A stretch of 64,000 nucleotides of DNA from Eledone cirrhosa (lineage: Eukaryota): positions 217,496,001 through 217,560,000 of the forward strand of contig OZ024740.1 of assembly GCA_964016885.1 (NCBI GenBank), read 5' to 3'. Under the pieces are notes generated by a model that saw only the letters and a program-made list of their open reading frames with translations, did no database searches and was not told where the DNA came from. This document shows, piece by piece, positions 39,477 through 52,700 of this stretch. Position 1 is the stretch's first letter, and each line of letters begins with the position of its first letter. Position numbers and translations under genes: made by a program.

Positions 39477-39919
39477 TGTTGGTTTGAGAGCAGAGGAAAT
39501 CTCATAAGGACCTGCAGAACCCTACTTTAGATAAGACTTAAATATAACTCCTCAAGATTAGGGAATAAAAATACCTTTTAAATGTCGCTTTTAATAATTC
39601 TTATTTGTTAAAAGTTTCGGTACCAAGGTCATTAAATATCCATTTATCAGAATTCGTACATTGCTTAATTAGACCTGGATAACTAGTAGAATGTAATTTC
39701 TATTTTATCATTTATACTCCTCTGCTAACCAGTAAATTTCAAAATGGCGTCACAATGATTTGCTAACAAACAGCTTTGCAGCCATACCAAATATAAATTG
39801 ACAGACTTATACAGACTGTTTGTCTCGCTGGTGAGTGCAGAATTGCATGAAACTGGAGCCATACAACTCCGAGAAGAAACGGTAATATATTATAGAAATA
39901 AAACTGTTACGCATCAATG

Positions 39920-39954
<35 letters not shown>

Positions 39955-40299
39955 CACACACGTATACATACTTACACGTATATTCTGTGCCTAAATAATT
40001 TTTTGCTGTTCATCAAAACACACACACAGGCACGCTTATCCCAATAACAGCATTGTACATTCACTGTTTGATAGACACATTGGCTTTTCACGGTGTCACT
40101 TCTAACGCCACATGAACTATGTGTCTTTAGGTAATGGTAGAAGTCAAAATTCGTTTACTGAACACACTTATGTGGTCAATGCTTCTTTACGGCTGCGAAT
40201 GGTGGACTTTCACGAATCAGACCCAGAGATAACTCGAGTCTACTGAGATCTATTTCTATCGCAGAATAATCAGGCCCTCGTACGTCGACTGGATAAATA

Positions 40300-40410
40300 A
40301 TTGTTTCTACTTTTGGCACAAGGCCAGCAATTATCCAGTACATTACTGGTACTTTATTGACCCCGTAAGGAGGAAAGGCAAAGTTAACTTCGGCTGGATT
40401 TGAACTCAGA
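40300..40410 (-). mobile_element. SINE family A
   Basis: Matches 23077-23195; flanked by a GGATAAATAAT direct repeat. Confidence 0.8.
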
Positions 40411-40676
40411 ATGGATAAATAATGAAGAGATTTTGAAGTCAGTGCGGACGGAACGTGAGATAATGCTCACTATTAAAAAGAGATAACTAATGTTCCTCGG
40501 AATGTCATCAGGAAAGGCATGATGGAAAACTTTTCCACTAGCGGAAACATTCCTGGGAAGTGTGCCAGAGGTCGTCAAAGGAGGTTGTTTTGTGACAATT
40601 TCAACATCAAAGCCACAAAAGTAAGGGATCTCGCCCGAGATCGAACACCATGGAATGCCATTATTGGTCAAACACT

Positions 40677-40791
40677 ATCTGAGTTCAAATCCCGCCGAGG
40701 TTGACTTTGCCTTTCATCCTTACGGGGTCGATAAAATAAAGTACCAGTAATACACTGGGTAATTGCTGGCCTTGTGCCTAAAGTAGAAATA
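40677..40791 (+). mobile_element. SINE family A with 17-bp target-site duplication
   Basis: ATTATTGGTCAAACACT at 40660-40676 and 40792-40808. Confidence 0.85.
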
Positions 40792-40833
40792 ATTATTGGT
40801 CAAACACTGAAACAGTGATGGCACAAGAAGAAG

Positions 40834-40858
<25 letters not shown>

Positions 40859-40864
<6 letters not shown>

Positions 40865-41022
40865 CCCTATCACTTCTATCGCTACATGAACGATCTATAT
40901 TTTTGTAGTTGTAGAACACCCTGTCGCTCCTATCGCTAGATGAACGACCTATATTTATGTACTGGTAGAAGTCCCTATCACTTCTATCGCTACATGAACG
41001 ATGTATCTTTACTGGTAGAAGT
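40859..41022. repeat. 54-bp minisatellite, 3 units
   Basis: AGAAGTCCCTATCACTTCTATCGCTACATGAACGA... repeated next to (AAG)n. Confidence 0.8.
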
Positions 41023-41368
41023 GACAACATCCATATGAATACCATTTGTCTCTTACTTCTTTTGATATGCTTCATGTTCAACAGAAACTTATGACAAATA
41101 ACTGAATCATAATTTACAGCAGTGTCAAATAATATTTAAAAGAACATTTCTTTCTAGAAGACAATTCGAGATGAAATTTATAACCAGAGATTTTCTTAGA
41201 GTTTCGAGTGACATTTTAATGTTTCATAAGAGTTTCCGAGAAAATCTACAAGAATTTTTTCGAAACCTAACTAAAGAGATTACCCTTTAGTCATTAAAAT
41301 TTACATTGACAATCTCTCTCTCTTTCTCTACCTGTCTCACTCTCTCTTTCAATCTCTGTCTCTCAGTT

Positions 41369-41419
<51 letters not shown>

Positions 41420-41422
<3 letters not shown>

Positions 41423-41984
41423 ATTAGAGTTAAAACTCAATTGGAACCCTGTACGTATTAAGCTCCAAGTATAAATATAAATATAAATACTGAGCCAATT
41501 AATAATATATAGTAAGAAACACAGTAAACCGTGTGTCTAAAATTACAAGGGTTGAAAAACCACATTTGTTTGAAATATTTAACCAAGAAGCAGACAGAAT
41601 GATAAAATATACAAACCGCCGCAATAACCATTATATCTCTCGGACAGATTATCCCTAATCTGTTTCGCCCTGAGTGTGTTTGTAACAGATAATACCACGT
41701 TTGACTAGTGGAGCACGAGGTGATAAATTCATCTTTCTGTGTGAACGTTGGCAAATAGTGTTTGTGGCATTTAATCAGAATCTCTCGCTGATGAAGCCCA
41801 GGATTATCTGTTACAAACACACTCAGGGCGAAACAGATTAGGGATAATCTGTCCGAGAGATATAATGGTTATTGCAGCGGTTTGTATATTTTATCATTCT
41901 GTCTGCTTCTTGGTTAAATATTTCAAACAAATGTGGTTTTTCAACCCTTGTAATTTTAGACACACGGTTTACTGTGTTTCTTAC

Positions 41985-41994
<10 letters not shown>
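41420..41994. mobile_element. PLE-type foldback insert in (TA)n; 192-bp arms 41502-41693 and 41803-41994
   Basis: Near-perfect inverted arms with a 109-bp spacer; contains an HHR. Confidence 0.85.
41780..41861 (+). ncRNA. Canonical full type I hammerhead (GUC cleavage after 41853)
   Basis: atctctcg-CTGATGA-a-GCCC...GGGC-GAAA-CAGATTA-ggga-TAATCTG-TC-cgagagat. Confidence 0.92.
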
Positions 41995-42065
<71 letters not shown>

Positions 42066-42489
42066 CGTCTGTGTATTAGTAGAGTGTAAACATCAATATA
42101 TATATCTATATATCCAGGGAGTGTAACTTGGAGTTACTGTAGGTTCACCCGGGTGAGCACTCAATGTTGAGGTTCACTTCAGTGTCGAAGTGTAGAGCTT
42201 GACACAGTGTACTATAGTGAAATAGATTTTAGTTACTATGGAGAATTTTATAAAAATAACAAAATAAGATGCTGAGGTTACATATATCGTTTAATCATTA
42301 TACTTATTTCCACTGTTCACCATGCAATCGAGATGCCCTTCATACATTTGCTGTTGCTATGAGAACAGTATCCTCAGATGAATAACCGATATGTTTGATA
42401 TGTCGCTGGCAGGTAAAACACACGTCCAATTGCTCGTGCGCCTAGCAGACATATGAGTTCCTTGAAGGGTTTGCCAGCGGTCGTGTTTG

Positions 42490-42531
<42 letters not shown>

Positions 42532-42697
42532 CGTGAGCGTATTAATAGAGTGTAAATATCAAGATTAATATAGAAATGGCTTCTACAGGACTAGAACTGT
42601 TTCAATCAGAAGAAATCATCAGGCTTTATTGAGGATTCAATTTGAATTCAACAGTTCTATTCCTGTAGAAGCCATTTCTATATTAAGCTTGATATAC

Positions 42698-42826
<129 letters not shown>

Positions 42827-42866
42827 ATATATTAATAAATGGAAACTATATTTATAAAACCATAGT

Positions 42867-42932
42867 TATTTTATTATATATATTTCAAGGGCAACCAAGG
42901 TAAATTTTGGTGCGCTTTCATCAGATAAAATA
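42867..42932 (-). ncRNA. Type I hammerhead, family of 24155 and 25796, in pseudo-LTR remnant about 42825-43475
   Basis: tattttat-CTGATGA-AAGcGCACCAA...TTGGtTGCcCTT-GAAA-tatata-TA-ataaaata. Confidence 0.82.
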
Positions 42933-43196
42933 CAAAATTTGTTTTATAAATGTTGACATACCCGTAGAAAACAACCTTGACGGTTGAAGGTTCTCTGGAT
43001 AGTGGAATTTTTTATTTATTTAGGGTAATTCAAAGTTATGTGTGAGTATGCAAATGAATGTCAGAAAGATTAAAAAAAACAACGGTTTATTTAAATTATA
43101 CTGTTGGAAAAAGAGTTAGAAAAAAAAGAGAAAAAGAGAAAGGGAGAAAAAAAAAGAAGAAAAATGTAAATATAGTTTCCATTTATTAATATATTG

Positions 43197-43368
43197 TTTC
43201 TACTTTAGGCACAAGGCCAGCAATTATTCAGTACATTACTGGTACTTTATTTTATCGACCCCCTAAGGATGAAAGGCAAAGTTAACCTCGGCGGGATTTG
43301 AACTCAGACTGTAAAGGGACGTAACTATGCTAGAAAGCATGGCGTCCGACCCTCTGCCAATTCACAGC
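43197..43368 (-). mobile_element. SINE family A with 16-bp target-site duplication
   Basis: ATTTATTAATATATTG at 43181-43196 and 43369-43384. Confidence 0.85.
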
Positions 43369-43504
43369 ATTTATTAATATATTGAATATTTACTCCAGTA
43401 AACTGTTGAGTGCTTCATATCAGTTATAAAACTTTTAAGCTTGTTGAATCCCAACAAATTAAATATAACATTTGCATATATATATATATATATATAGTGT
43501 TAAT

Positions 43505-43543
43505 TGAACAAGTACTTTCATGCTTTCGCAATCTTCAGGTTCA
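43505..43543 (-). ncRNA. Minimal type I hammerhead in an 85-bp island between (TA)n tracts
   Basis: tgaac-CTGAAGA-tTGC-gaaa-GCAt-GAAA-gtac-TT-gttca. Confidence 0.75.
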
Positions 43544-43576
43544 TGATATGTGGTGACAGTCGAGTTTGCAATTTTC

Positions 43577-43654
<78 letters not shown>

Positions 43655-43658
<4 letters not shown>

Positions 43659-45980
43659 GTTAAACAAGGTTCAATGAATAAATCAAAGAATGAGTTTTAC
43701 AATAGATTGGAAGCATTCAACAACAATCGTTTTCCGGAGTTATTAATCAGATTATGAAACTTTAATAATGTTTTATTTTCTATTCATTTATGATAGAATT
43801 AATGTTAAACTAAAGGGTCTTGTTTAGGTATATAAACATATTGTTTGTTAACATGTTCTCTTGATGAATATGCACACCTTTGGATATTTTAGATATATAT
43901 AATTTAGATTGGGATCCTTATATATTTGTTTTTGTTTTAAATATATAATTTGGATATATAACTCATAAGAATACCGGTTATAATTGAACCGTAAATCATT
44001 CATGTATATATTTTACTCATTTTGAGTATGTTTTAGGATTCAGAAAGTTAGATTTGTACATTTTTATTTTTTTATATATATTTAGGTATAAATGTCATAA
44101 ATGATACTAGTCGACAAATATTGGTGTTTCTTTCCACTGAACTGGATGTAAAACTACAATTATAACATTATTAATAATTGTTTCTACAATAGGCACAAGG
44201 CCAGAAAATATCCCAGTGTATTACTGGTACTTTATTTTATCGACCCCCGTTAGGATGAAAGGCAAAGTTAACCTCGATGGGATTTGAACTCAGAATGGCA
44301 AGGGCCTTGTAATTATTTATTTATTATATGTATATCGTTTAGGATTCAGAAAGTTAGATTTGAACATTTTTTATTTTCTTATATATATTTAGGTACAAAT
44401 GTCACAAATGATACTAGTCGACACATATTGGTCTTTCTTTCCACTGAACTGGATGTAAAACTACAATTATAACATTACTAATAATGATTGTAATTATTTA
44501 TTTATTATATGTATATCGTTTCACTAATACCTATAATACTCTCTCTATATATTTGAACAAATCTTTTTATCTAGTATAACATGCCCCTAGTTACATTTAT
44601 AAGTAATTTAGATACTCAAATGACTCTCTATTGTTATAATTGTTACATATTTTCTGAATGTTCTAAATTATATAACGATTATTACTTAATTTAATTTAAT
44701 TTATTTTAATTAAATTCGGGTTACCTCCGGGTCATTGAAATCCTTAGCTCCTCTTTCTAACATCTTCGTGGACACTTTAGAAGTGTTGTTAGTCTACTAT
44801 ATAAATTTAAAAAATCTCTTGCATTTTTATGATCGCAAACAATTCATTATTTTTACCTTTTCACTTTTTATTTTGAATCTAGTCCTTATCCTTAGGATTC
44901 ATGAAGTTTTGATTTGTATATTTATAGTATATATCTATTAAATGATCCTATTATAATAATTGATCTAAAACATTAATTTTAACAATATTATCAGTAACTT
45001 ATTTATTGTATTGTATTATGTTATGTCTAATTGAGAGGTATCATCTTAATCTTTAGACAATATAATCTTTGTGTATTTTTTTGATAAACGCATATATATA
45101 ATTTAATAATCAAACTTTTTAAGTTTAATTATAAGGCCTGTTGATCCATTAGGCATTCAAATTGTTTATCTTAAAATTCTTTAAAGATTATAACTGTAAT
45201 TATTTTCTAAATTATATAATGTAAACTATTTTCAATATAATATAAATAATTTAATATTATACAATACATTTAGTAAAGTTTACCTTCGCGAGGATGTAAA
45301 AACATTATGTTTTCTTTCTCGTGTTTGTAAATCCTTTAAATCTTATTTCAGAAAATTTGATTTTATGAATTAAATATGATAGTATACTTTAATATTAATA
45401 GAGATATTTATTAACTTTTATAACCTAAAATATTATTCATTACTCTGAACTAACTTAAATTAAATGATTTGAATGTTAGCGGTCAACCAGATACGTTTGA
45501 ATATATATTGTATATATAGATAATTATCTATAGACTTGGTATTAACCTTCATATAAATACACCCAATTATAATTAAAATTTCGATTGATGAATACTTTTA
45601 GATAATTCAATAATTCAATGAATTGAGATTTTTTCTTTTTCCTAAAGCTAAGCCCAAATGTTGTTCTAATTAATATCTCCCTATATATTACACTATAAAA
45701 ATTATTCCTCTTTATCTCTCTGTAATCAACTCTCTTTTTCTTTCTAAGCTCTTACTAGCTATATTATCCCCTCATCTGTTTCTTTCTCTATGCCCTTCTT
45801 TTCTTTCCTCTTTCTTCAGTAATTTAAATTATTTGAATCTCTAACAGTTATATTGCTGCTATATATGTTTTAAGCTTTCTCAAACGCACCCTCTCTATTA
45901 TATGTATTATATGTAGGTTTTATTCATGTTTCAATATTAAGGTATATAAATATTGTGTGTTGTCATATATTACTCACCGA
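43655..45980. mobile_element. AT-rich PLE non-coding remnant with an inverted terminus; contains a SINE (44178-44300) and a local duplication of about 180 bp
   Basis: 45368-45980 matches 25130-25745; 43655-43746 is the reverse complement of about 25910-26003. Confidence 0.55.
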
Positions 45981-45984
45981 CCAG

Positions 45985-47720
45985 GTCCATACTCGATAAC
46001 CTCCACCTCATTTGATACATCATAGAGAGGCTAGGGTGTAAACTGGCTTCGGTGAGGCTTTGATCAATTTAGATCAATCAAAGGCATTTGATAGGGTCGA
46101 CTATCAATACCTGGAAGCGGTTCTCAAGGCAGCCGGTTTCAGCCCAGTCTTCAGAGGCTGGATCGCTGCTACGCACAGCAACATCTGCTCGGCAGTCAAG
46201 GTGAATGGCTACCTATCGGAGCCATTCCAAATCATGCGTTCCATCCGTCAAGGATGTCCTTTCTCTTCCATTCTGTATGTACTGACTCTCGAGCCACTAC
46301 TGCGGAAGTTGGAGCTATTGCATGGCATCCTGATGTAACTAGGACTGCGAAAAGCAGCGTCAAGAGATGACCGTAATTGTGTCGAAAACCTCGGAAATCT
46401 AGGTAATCGTCAACAGGAATACAAAACGTTCACAGGAGCAAGACTAAACCCAAACAAGTATCTCGGTTTGCAACTCGGTACATGGATAGACAAACCATGC
46501 CGTCAGAAAGCGTCGTTGGATGCTGACGAAAATTGGAACGAGTGGGCTGAGTGCAAACTGTAGTTAAAAGTTCGGGCGGGGGTGGCCAACACTTACATAG
46601 CATCTATCATCTACTACCGCTTGACAGTCGTGCCTTGCCCCCGCGAATACCTCACCAAAATGGAACGCCTACTCTTCAAATTTCTCTGGAAGAATCAGGC
46701 TCCATTGGTGAGGAGATCCATCTGCTGTCAACGACCTTCTAACAGAGGGCAGCGATGCCGTAGCTGATGATGCGCTAACACGCGCTGAGGCTATGCCATC
46801 TCCAGGTATTCCTGACCGGTGTGGCTGTCGTTTGTGAGATCAGCTCTTCCACAACTCGTCTCACTAACAGAGCTAGAGTCCTGGGTCAAGCGAAGACCGA
46901 AAATGGGCGCCTGGCACCTCGAGTGCCTTCAGGCGTTCACAGCCCTCTACCAAGCGGAAACGGCAATCAGCGGAGACTCAACTTCGACATTCTATAGGGT
47001 ATTAGTGGAGGATAAATCCGACGACGTTCTCGGGGAATTCTAGGCATCGAGGAGGACGAACTGACCAGTCTGTTCGGAAGGACTCTCCGTCCAGGGCCTA
47101 TGGATAACTGCCAGAGGTCTCTGGCCTGGCAGTGCTACCGAGGAGTTCTAACAGTTCGAGACAAAATCTACAGGCACGGACGCCCTGGCAGAGATCCTGC
47201 TAAAAGGGCCTGCCCAAGATGCAAGCAGGACATCGAAACCGTTCTGCTCGCAATTGTTCAGTGCCCAGGGGTGACCGACCTGTGGAATTATGTCGAACAG
47301 CTACTGTCACGTGTGGGACGCATCTAGTTGTCAGCCTAGTCGATTGTGAGGATCAACCCGCCGCCTTCATTTAACAATGAAGGAGAGGCGATTTTGTTCT
47401 GTCTGGTGGCTATGGTGAAAGATGTAATATGGTGGACGAGGTTAAAAAGGACTTATCTCCCTCCTTAAGTACCACTTCAGAAGGAAGGTGAGAGTGGAGA
47501 GAGAGGTGCTACACCCCAGTAAATTCGCTGAAAGGTGGGTGAATGTGGCGGAAATGGCCCGAGGGAATGGGCCTTCTCTGTATATAAACCTGTAGGTTGA
47601 GGAAGATAAACAGAGGGAAGACGGGAACACGTACAAAACGTGCTCCTGGTGTTGAAGGTTGTTCTATCCACGCGGTGTAAAACAACCCCACACTAACGTT
47701 CCCCCTATTTCAATTGTTAT
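45985..47720 (+). mobile_element. Diverged L1/Tx1-like LINE, 5'-truncated (RT to 3' end)
   Basis: LDQSKAFDRVD, IRQGCPFS, CPRCKQDIETV..QCP; many stops. Confidence 0.85.
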
Positions 47721-47769
47721 TTTATTATATATAGTTTATTTACCTATAGTAATGATTATCTAGATACAT

Positions 47770-49705
47770 ATGGCCTTAGCAACCTGTGCCCTACAAGACC
47801 AGCAAGAGGCAGACGACCTACCATTACTTCAATGGCCAAGAAAACCCACACAGATAGATGGAACGGGTGGACCAGAGCCATACGGACCCCGAAAACCACG
47901 ATGGACTAAAGAAAATGATTGCACATGCGGTGGGAGGCCTTAAGGAACATATGTTCAAATTTAATGGAAAAACATATGCCGAAGAGGAGGGAGCAGCCAT
48001 TGATGTTAGCATTGCAGGTGACATAGCTAACCTATTCATGGTATGGTGGGACAATAAACCTAAACTTAAACTTAAAGAACAATTACAAGACAGCAACCCC
48101 TTAACCCTGATAATGTACTCCCGCTACATTGATGATATAAACATCGTAGTAAAAACACCCCCACTAGAGAACAGTCAGGAATTAGAGAAAAACACCATGG
48201 AAAGTATCCAGCAAATAGCTAACTCCATCCACCAGAGTATTAGAGTTACTATAGACTACCCAAGCAAACACCCCAACCATCGATTACCTGTACTAGACAC
48301 AGAACTCTGGTTAGATACCATTAATAACAAAAAACAAATCCTCCATTCCCATTATGCCAAACCCATGACTTCCAAATATCTGATCCACCGAAACTCAGCT
48401 GTTTCAGACCATACCAAAATCAACATTCTGATTGCGGATTTCGTACGAGTGATGAGAAACGTGTCCCGCATGTGCAACCCCAAAGAACTAGAGAGACACA
48501 TACAACACTTCATCCACCGTATGCAGTTCTCTGCTTACAATCAGAGAGATAGAATCAGAGTATATAGAGGAGCCAGAACCAAATGGCAAAAATGGTAAAT
48601 AATGACACAAATGGGACCTGCCCCTTGTATAGGAGCAAATTTTGGAATAGAATAGAAAGAACTAGGAATAAGGTTAATAGAATAAACTCATGGTATGATA
48701 GCAATAAATACCAGAGTGTAATTTTCATCGATACAACCCTAGAGGTGAATTAGCTTACAAATTTAGAAGGGCCCTAGATAAACATAAACTCAATATTAAG
48801 ATAGTAGAAAGACCAGGTACCTCCATAAAAACACTTATTAGCAATACATACCCTTTTCAAAGACCTCCCTGTATAGATAAGAAATGTATAATCTGTAAAT
48901 TAAGCCTGCATATTAACTGTAAAAATAGAAATGTAGTATATAGCATAAGATGTACTGAAGGACAATGTAGAGATAAGAATATAGTGTACATAGGTGAGAC
49001 AGCTCGTAGTATAGGGGAACGGATAAATGAACACTGGCGAGACCTTCAAGATAGTAAAGAATCAGCTGTACTCTACCAACATGCTAAAATAGAACATAAG
49101 GGTAAATTAGAGAACATAGAAATAAAAATAGAATCTACACACAGAAAAGACGCAATGTTTAGACAAATCACAGAGGCAATAAACATAAAAGAATTACAGC
49201 CAAAATTAAATAGAAAACATGAGTGGAACAGCAATATCACAACTTATAATTAAGGACAAAATGAAAACACACACGCACATAGAACAAACAACCAACCTGT
49301 AACATGTAAATAAACAAATAAATAAAGCAATATAAACACACACAGACACCCGGATGTGGCGCATGCGCAGACTGAGCACACAACACACACACAGAAACAA
49401 GATGGCGTAGGACAGAACAAAGAATAGGCACAAAAACAAAGAAAAGAATCCCCAGTCACTGAAGAGGTCACAGAATGTGTGACGAAGGAACTTTGACAAT
49501 ATATAAACAACCATCTGGTTGTGGAACCAACCAACCGGAAATTTATAAATTCCTAAATTTATAAATTTATTATAATAAATTGAAGTGAAAGCGGCTGGTG
49601 CGTGTGTTTCTTATTGGCAACATGACCCTCCCAAAGTATAACAATATCGGTTTCAACACACGTTTTCAGATAAAGAATCTTGCTAAACAAATTCAGAAAC
49701 GAAAT
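47770..49705 (+). mobile_element. Penelope-like retroelement 3' part: RT, GIY-YIG endonuclease and pseudo-LTR
   Basis: RT motifs GAAIDVSIAGDIANLFM, RYIDD, LPVLD; GIY-YIG motifs VVYSIRC...YIGETARSIGERINEH...EAINIKELQPKLN; frameshifted. Confidence 0.92.
49455..49497 (+). ncRNA. Minimal hammerhead in the Penelope pseudo-LTR (GAAA mutated to GAAG)
   Basis: gtca-CTGAAGA-G-GTCACA-gaatg-TGTGAC-GAAG-gaac-TT-tgac; the intact version is at 16588-16630. Confidence 0.7.
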
Positions 49706-49714
49706 ATATATATA

Positions 49715-52700
49715 TATATATATATAAATGCAAGTTTACGATTCTGTGTGTCCGCCTAAAATTAGCAATCTACCGGACCAAACTCCTCAAAATTACATGT
49801 ACATATTCACTATGCACTCGGACAGGAAACGGTCGAAAAAGGTTTATTTTGCAAAGCATGGAATTCATTTAAAATCAATTTATCTTATTTATCAATGAAT
49901 ATCAAAAGAGATCATCCATTTTGTTTTTTATGTTCTCCAGTCTGTAGATAAGATAGTGAGGGATGGGAAGAGAGAGAGTGGCAGATGGAAGAGAGAGTAA
50001 GGGGATGAGAGAGAAAGAGAGAGAGAGTGAGTGGATGGGAGAGAGAGAGTAAGGGGGTGTTAGAGAGAAAGAAAGAGAGTAAGGGATGAGAGAGAGAGAG
50101 TGGGAGATGGGCGAGAGAGAGAGAGAGAGTAAGAAGATGTGAGAGAGAAAGAAAGAGAGTAAGGGGATGAGAGAGAAAGACGATGAAAGAGAGAGAGGCA
50201 AAGTAATCAGCAAGACCTGGAATCGAAGAAAGCAGTGTCATTTAGTGGAAGGTCATGAAGTCAAGTCAAGTGATACTATTGGGCGTGTTTACAATGTCCA
50301 TCCCAACAACAGAGAATGTTTTTATTTACGGCTATTTCTGCATACTGTTCGAGGACCAACGTCATTTGAGCATCTTAGGTGCTTCAGAGGAAAGGAGTGC
50401 GCAACATACCAAGAAGCATGTAAACAGCATGGACTCCTGCATGACAATGGACACTGGAAGAAGTGCCTAAAAGAAGCAGCAATCACTCAAGTACCCAGCC
50501 AAATAAGACAATTATTTGTTATTATGCTCACGGCATGTGGAATTGATGAAGCTCATCTACTCTGGCAGGAGTACAAAAACAATATGTCGGACGACTATCT
50601 ACACCTAGCCCGAAGACATCATGGCAATATGTATATGGAGTATACACCCAGGATTTACAATCAAGCTCTCTGTGACGTGTCCCATCGAGTTCAGGCAATG
50701 AATATCACATTAGCTAACTGCGGGATGCCAGAGCCAGATGAAGAAATAGAGGTAGCACAAGACATTTTTCAGGAGACAAACTACGATATCCAAGCATTGC
50801 GTAAGTTTGTGGATGAAAATGAACCTCGATTGATGGGTGACCAGAAATACGCCTACCACGACATCATCGAAAACATTCAAAATAACAGGGGAGGACTTTT
50901 CATCATCGATGCTCCTGCTGGCACAGGCAGGACATTCCTCATAAACCTCCTGCTTGCAAAAGTTCGCCAAAAGCAACATATTGCCCTTGTTGTGGCTTCA
51001 AGTGGCATTGCAGCAACACTTCTGGGTGGAGGAAGAACTGCACACTCCATGTTTAAGCAGCCTATAGATCTCACACGGCATGAACAATCTTTTTGCAACA
51101 TCAAGAAGAACTCACCCAAGGGCAAGCTTCTGCAAACATGCAAGATAATAATTTGGGATGAAGCTACGATGAGCCATAAAGGAGCAATTGAAGCTTTGGA
51201 CCGGACGATAAGGGATCTGAGAGAAAATAGTTGCATAATGGGAGGAGTGACAATGGTTCTTGCTGGTGATTTCAGACAAACTCTGTCTGTAATTCTTCGA
51301 GGGACGCGAGCTGATCAGGTAAATGTCTGTCTGAAAACATCCTATATCTGGCCCCACCTTCAGCTGCTGAGCCTTACAACCAACATGCGAGAGCACTTAA
51401 CTGGTGACAAAGGTGTCAGTGAGTTTGCCATCCAACTACTTAAATTGGGAAATGGACTTCTTGAAAAGGACTCCAATGACCATATTCAGTTGTCATTTGG
51501 CCATATCCTTGACACAGAACAAGAACTGATTGCCAGAGTGTTTCCAAACATTCAGACCAGGCAATGTGATCCGAAATGGCTCTGTCAACGAGCACTCTTA
51601 GCACCTAAAACTGTTGCTGTGAAAGAAATCAACAGAAGGCTGCTGGAGATGTTACCGGGACTGAAAATATGCTACAAATCAGTTGACACAATCACTTCTC
51701 AAGACCATGTTGTAAACTATCCAACTGAATTTTTGAATAGTCTTGAACAAGAAGGAATTCCTCCACACAATGAGATACTGAGGCTTGGAGCATCGGTTAT
51801 GCTACTTCGCAATCTGGATCCTCCAAAACTTTGTAATGGCACAAGACTCATCATCAAAAATATGATGTCCAATGTTCTAGAAATTGCAATCATATCAGGA
51901 AAATTTGCTGGTGACAATTGTTTCATTCCCAGAATACCTCTGAAGCCAGCTGATTTGCCATTTGAATTTCAAAGACTTCAATTTCCGATCAGGTTCAGTT
52001 TTGCCATGACCATTAATAAATCTCAAGGGCAATCATTGAAAGTCGTTGGGTTGAATCTGGCAGATCCTGTCTTTTCGCATGGTCAACTCTATGTTGGCAC
52101 AACAAGGGTTGGGAACCCTGATTGTCTCCTCATTGTGGCACAACAGGGCAAAATCAAGTATGTTGTTTATCCAGAGAATTTGGAATGAGCAATGTCCTAA
52201 TTCCGCATTCAATGACAATACACACAGATTCTAATTCCTTAGTCATGTAGTTTGCAAGGAATTCTGAAGCTGCAAATTTACTGCATGTTGTCGCTTTGGA
52301 AGAATATGTAGGCATTCCCAATTACCTCTACTATATAAAGTAGTATAAGTACGGACTTTGTTGGGTAGAAATAGCAGCCAAATTTCCTTAAATGTGTATG
52401 TATCTATGTATGTCGTGTGAGACTCTATACCTGTTGGTATAGCTAATAGAAATAGAAAATAAATCTCCCTCAAACAAGATCCTACTGCCATAGAGGCAAA
52501 TATTGGTGAAAGCTACAGTGTACAAATTTAAATACACTTTCCCAGAATTAGAGAAATGAGTAAGTAAATGCTTCATTCAATCATAAACCAACTCTAAATT
52601 TATTTTCTTATTTAATTTATGGTTTTTAAAATAGTCTTTACATGTTTGAATTTCAGAGGTTCAGATTGAGCAAAAAAAAAAGAAAGAAAATGATAAATAA

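Noticed and set aside
39740-39835. YY1-like motif, TATAAAT and a GTGAGT donor suggesting another first exon
   Set aside because: No linked coding exon found; short motifs are expected by chance.
42557-42695. Inverted repeat with minus-strand CTGATGA...GAAAC
   Set aside because: The inverted repeat is real, but stems I and II cannot be formed convincingly; not counted as an HHR.
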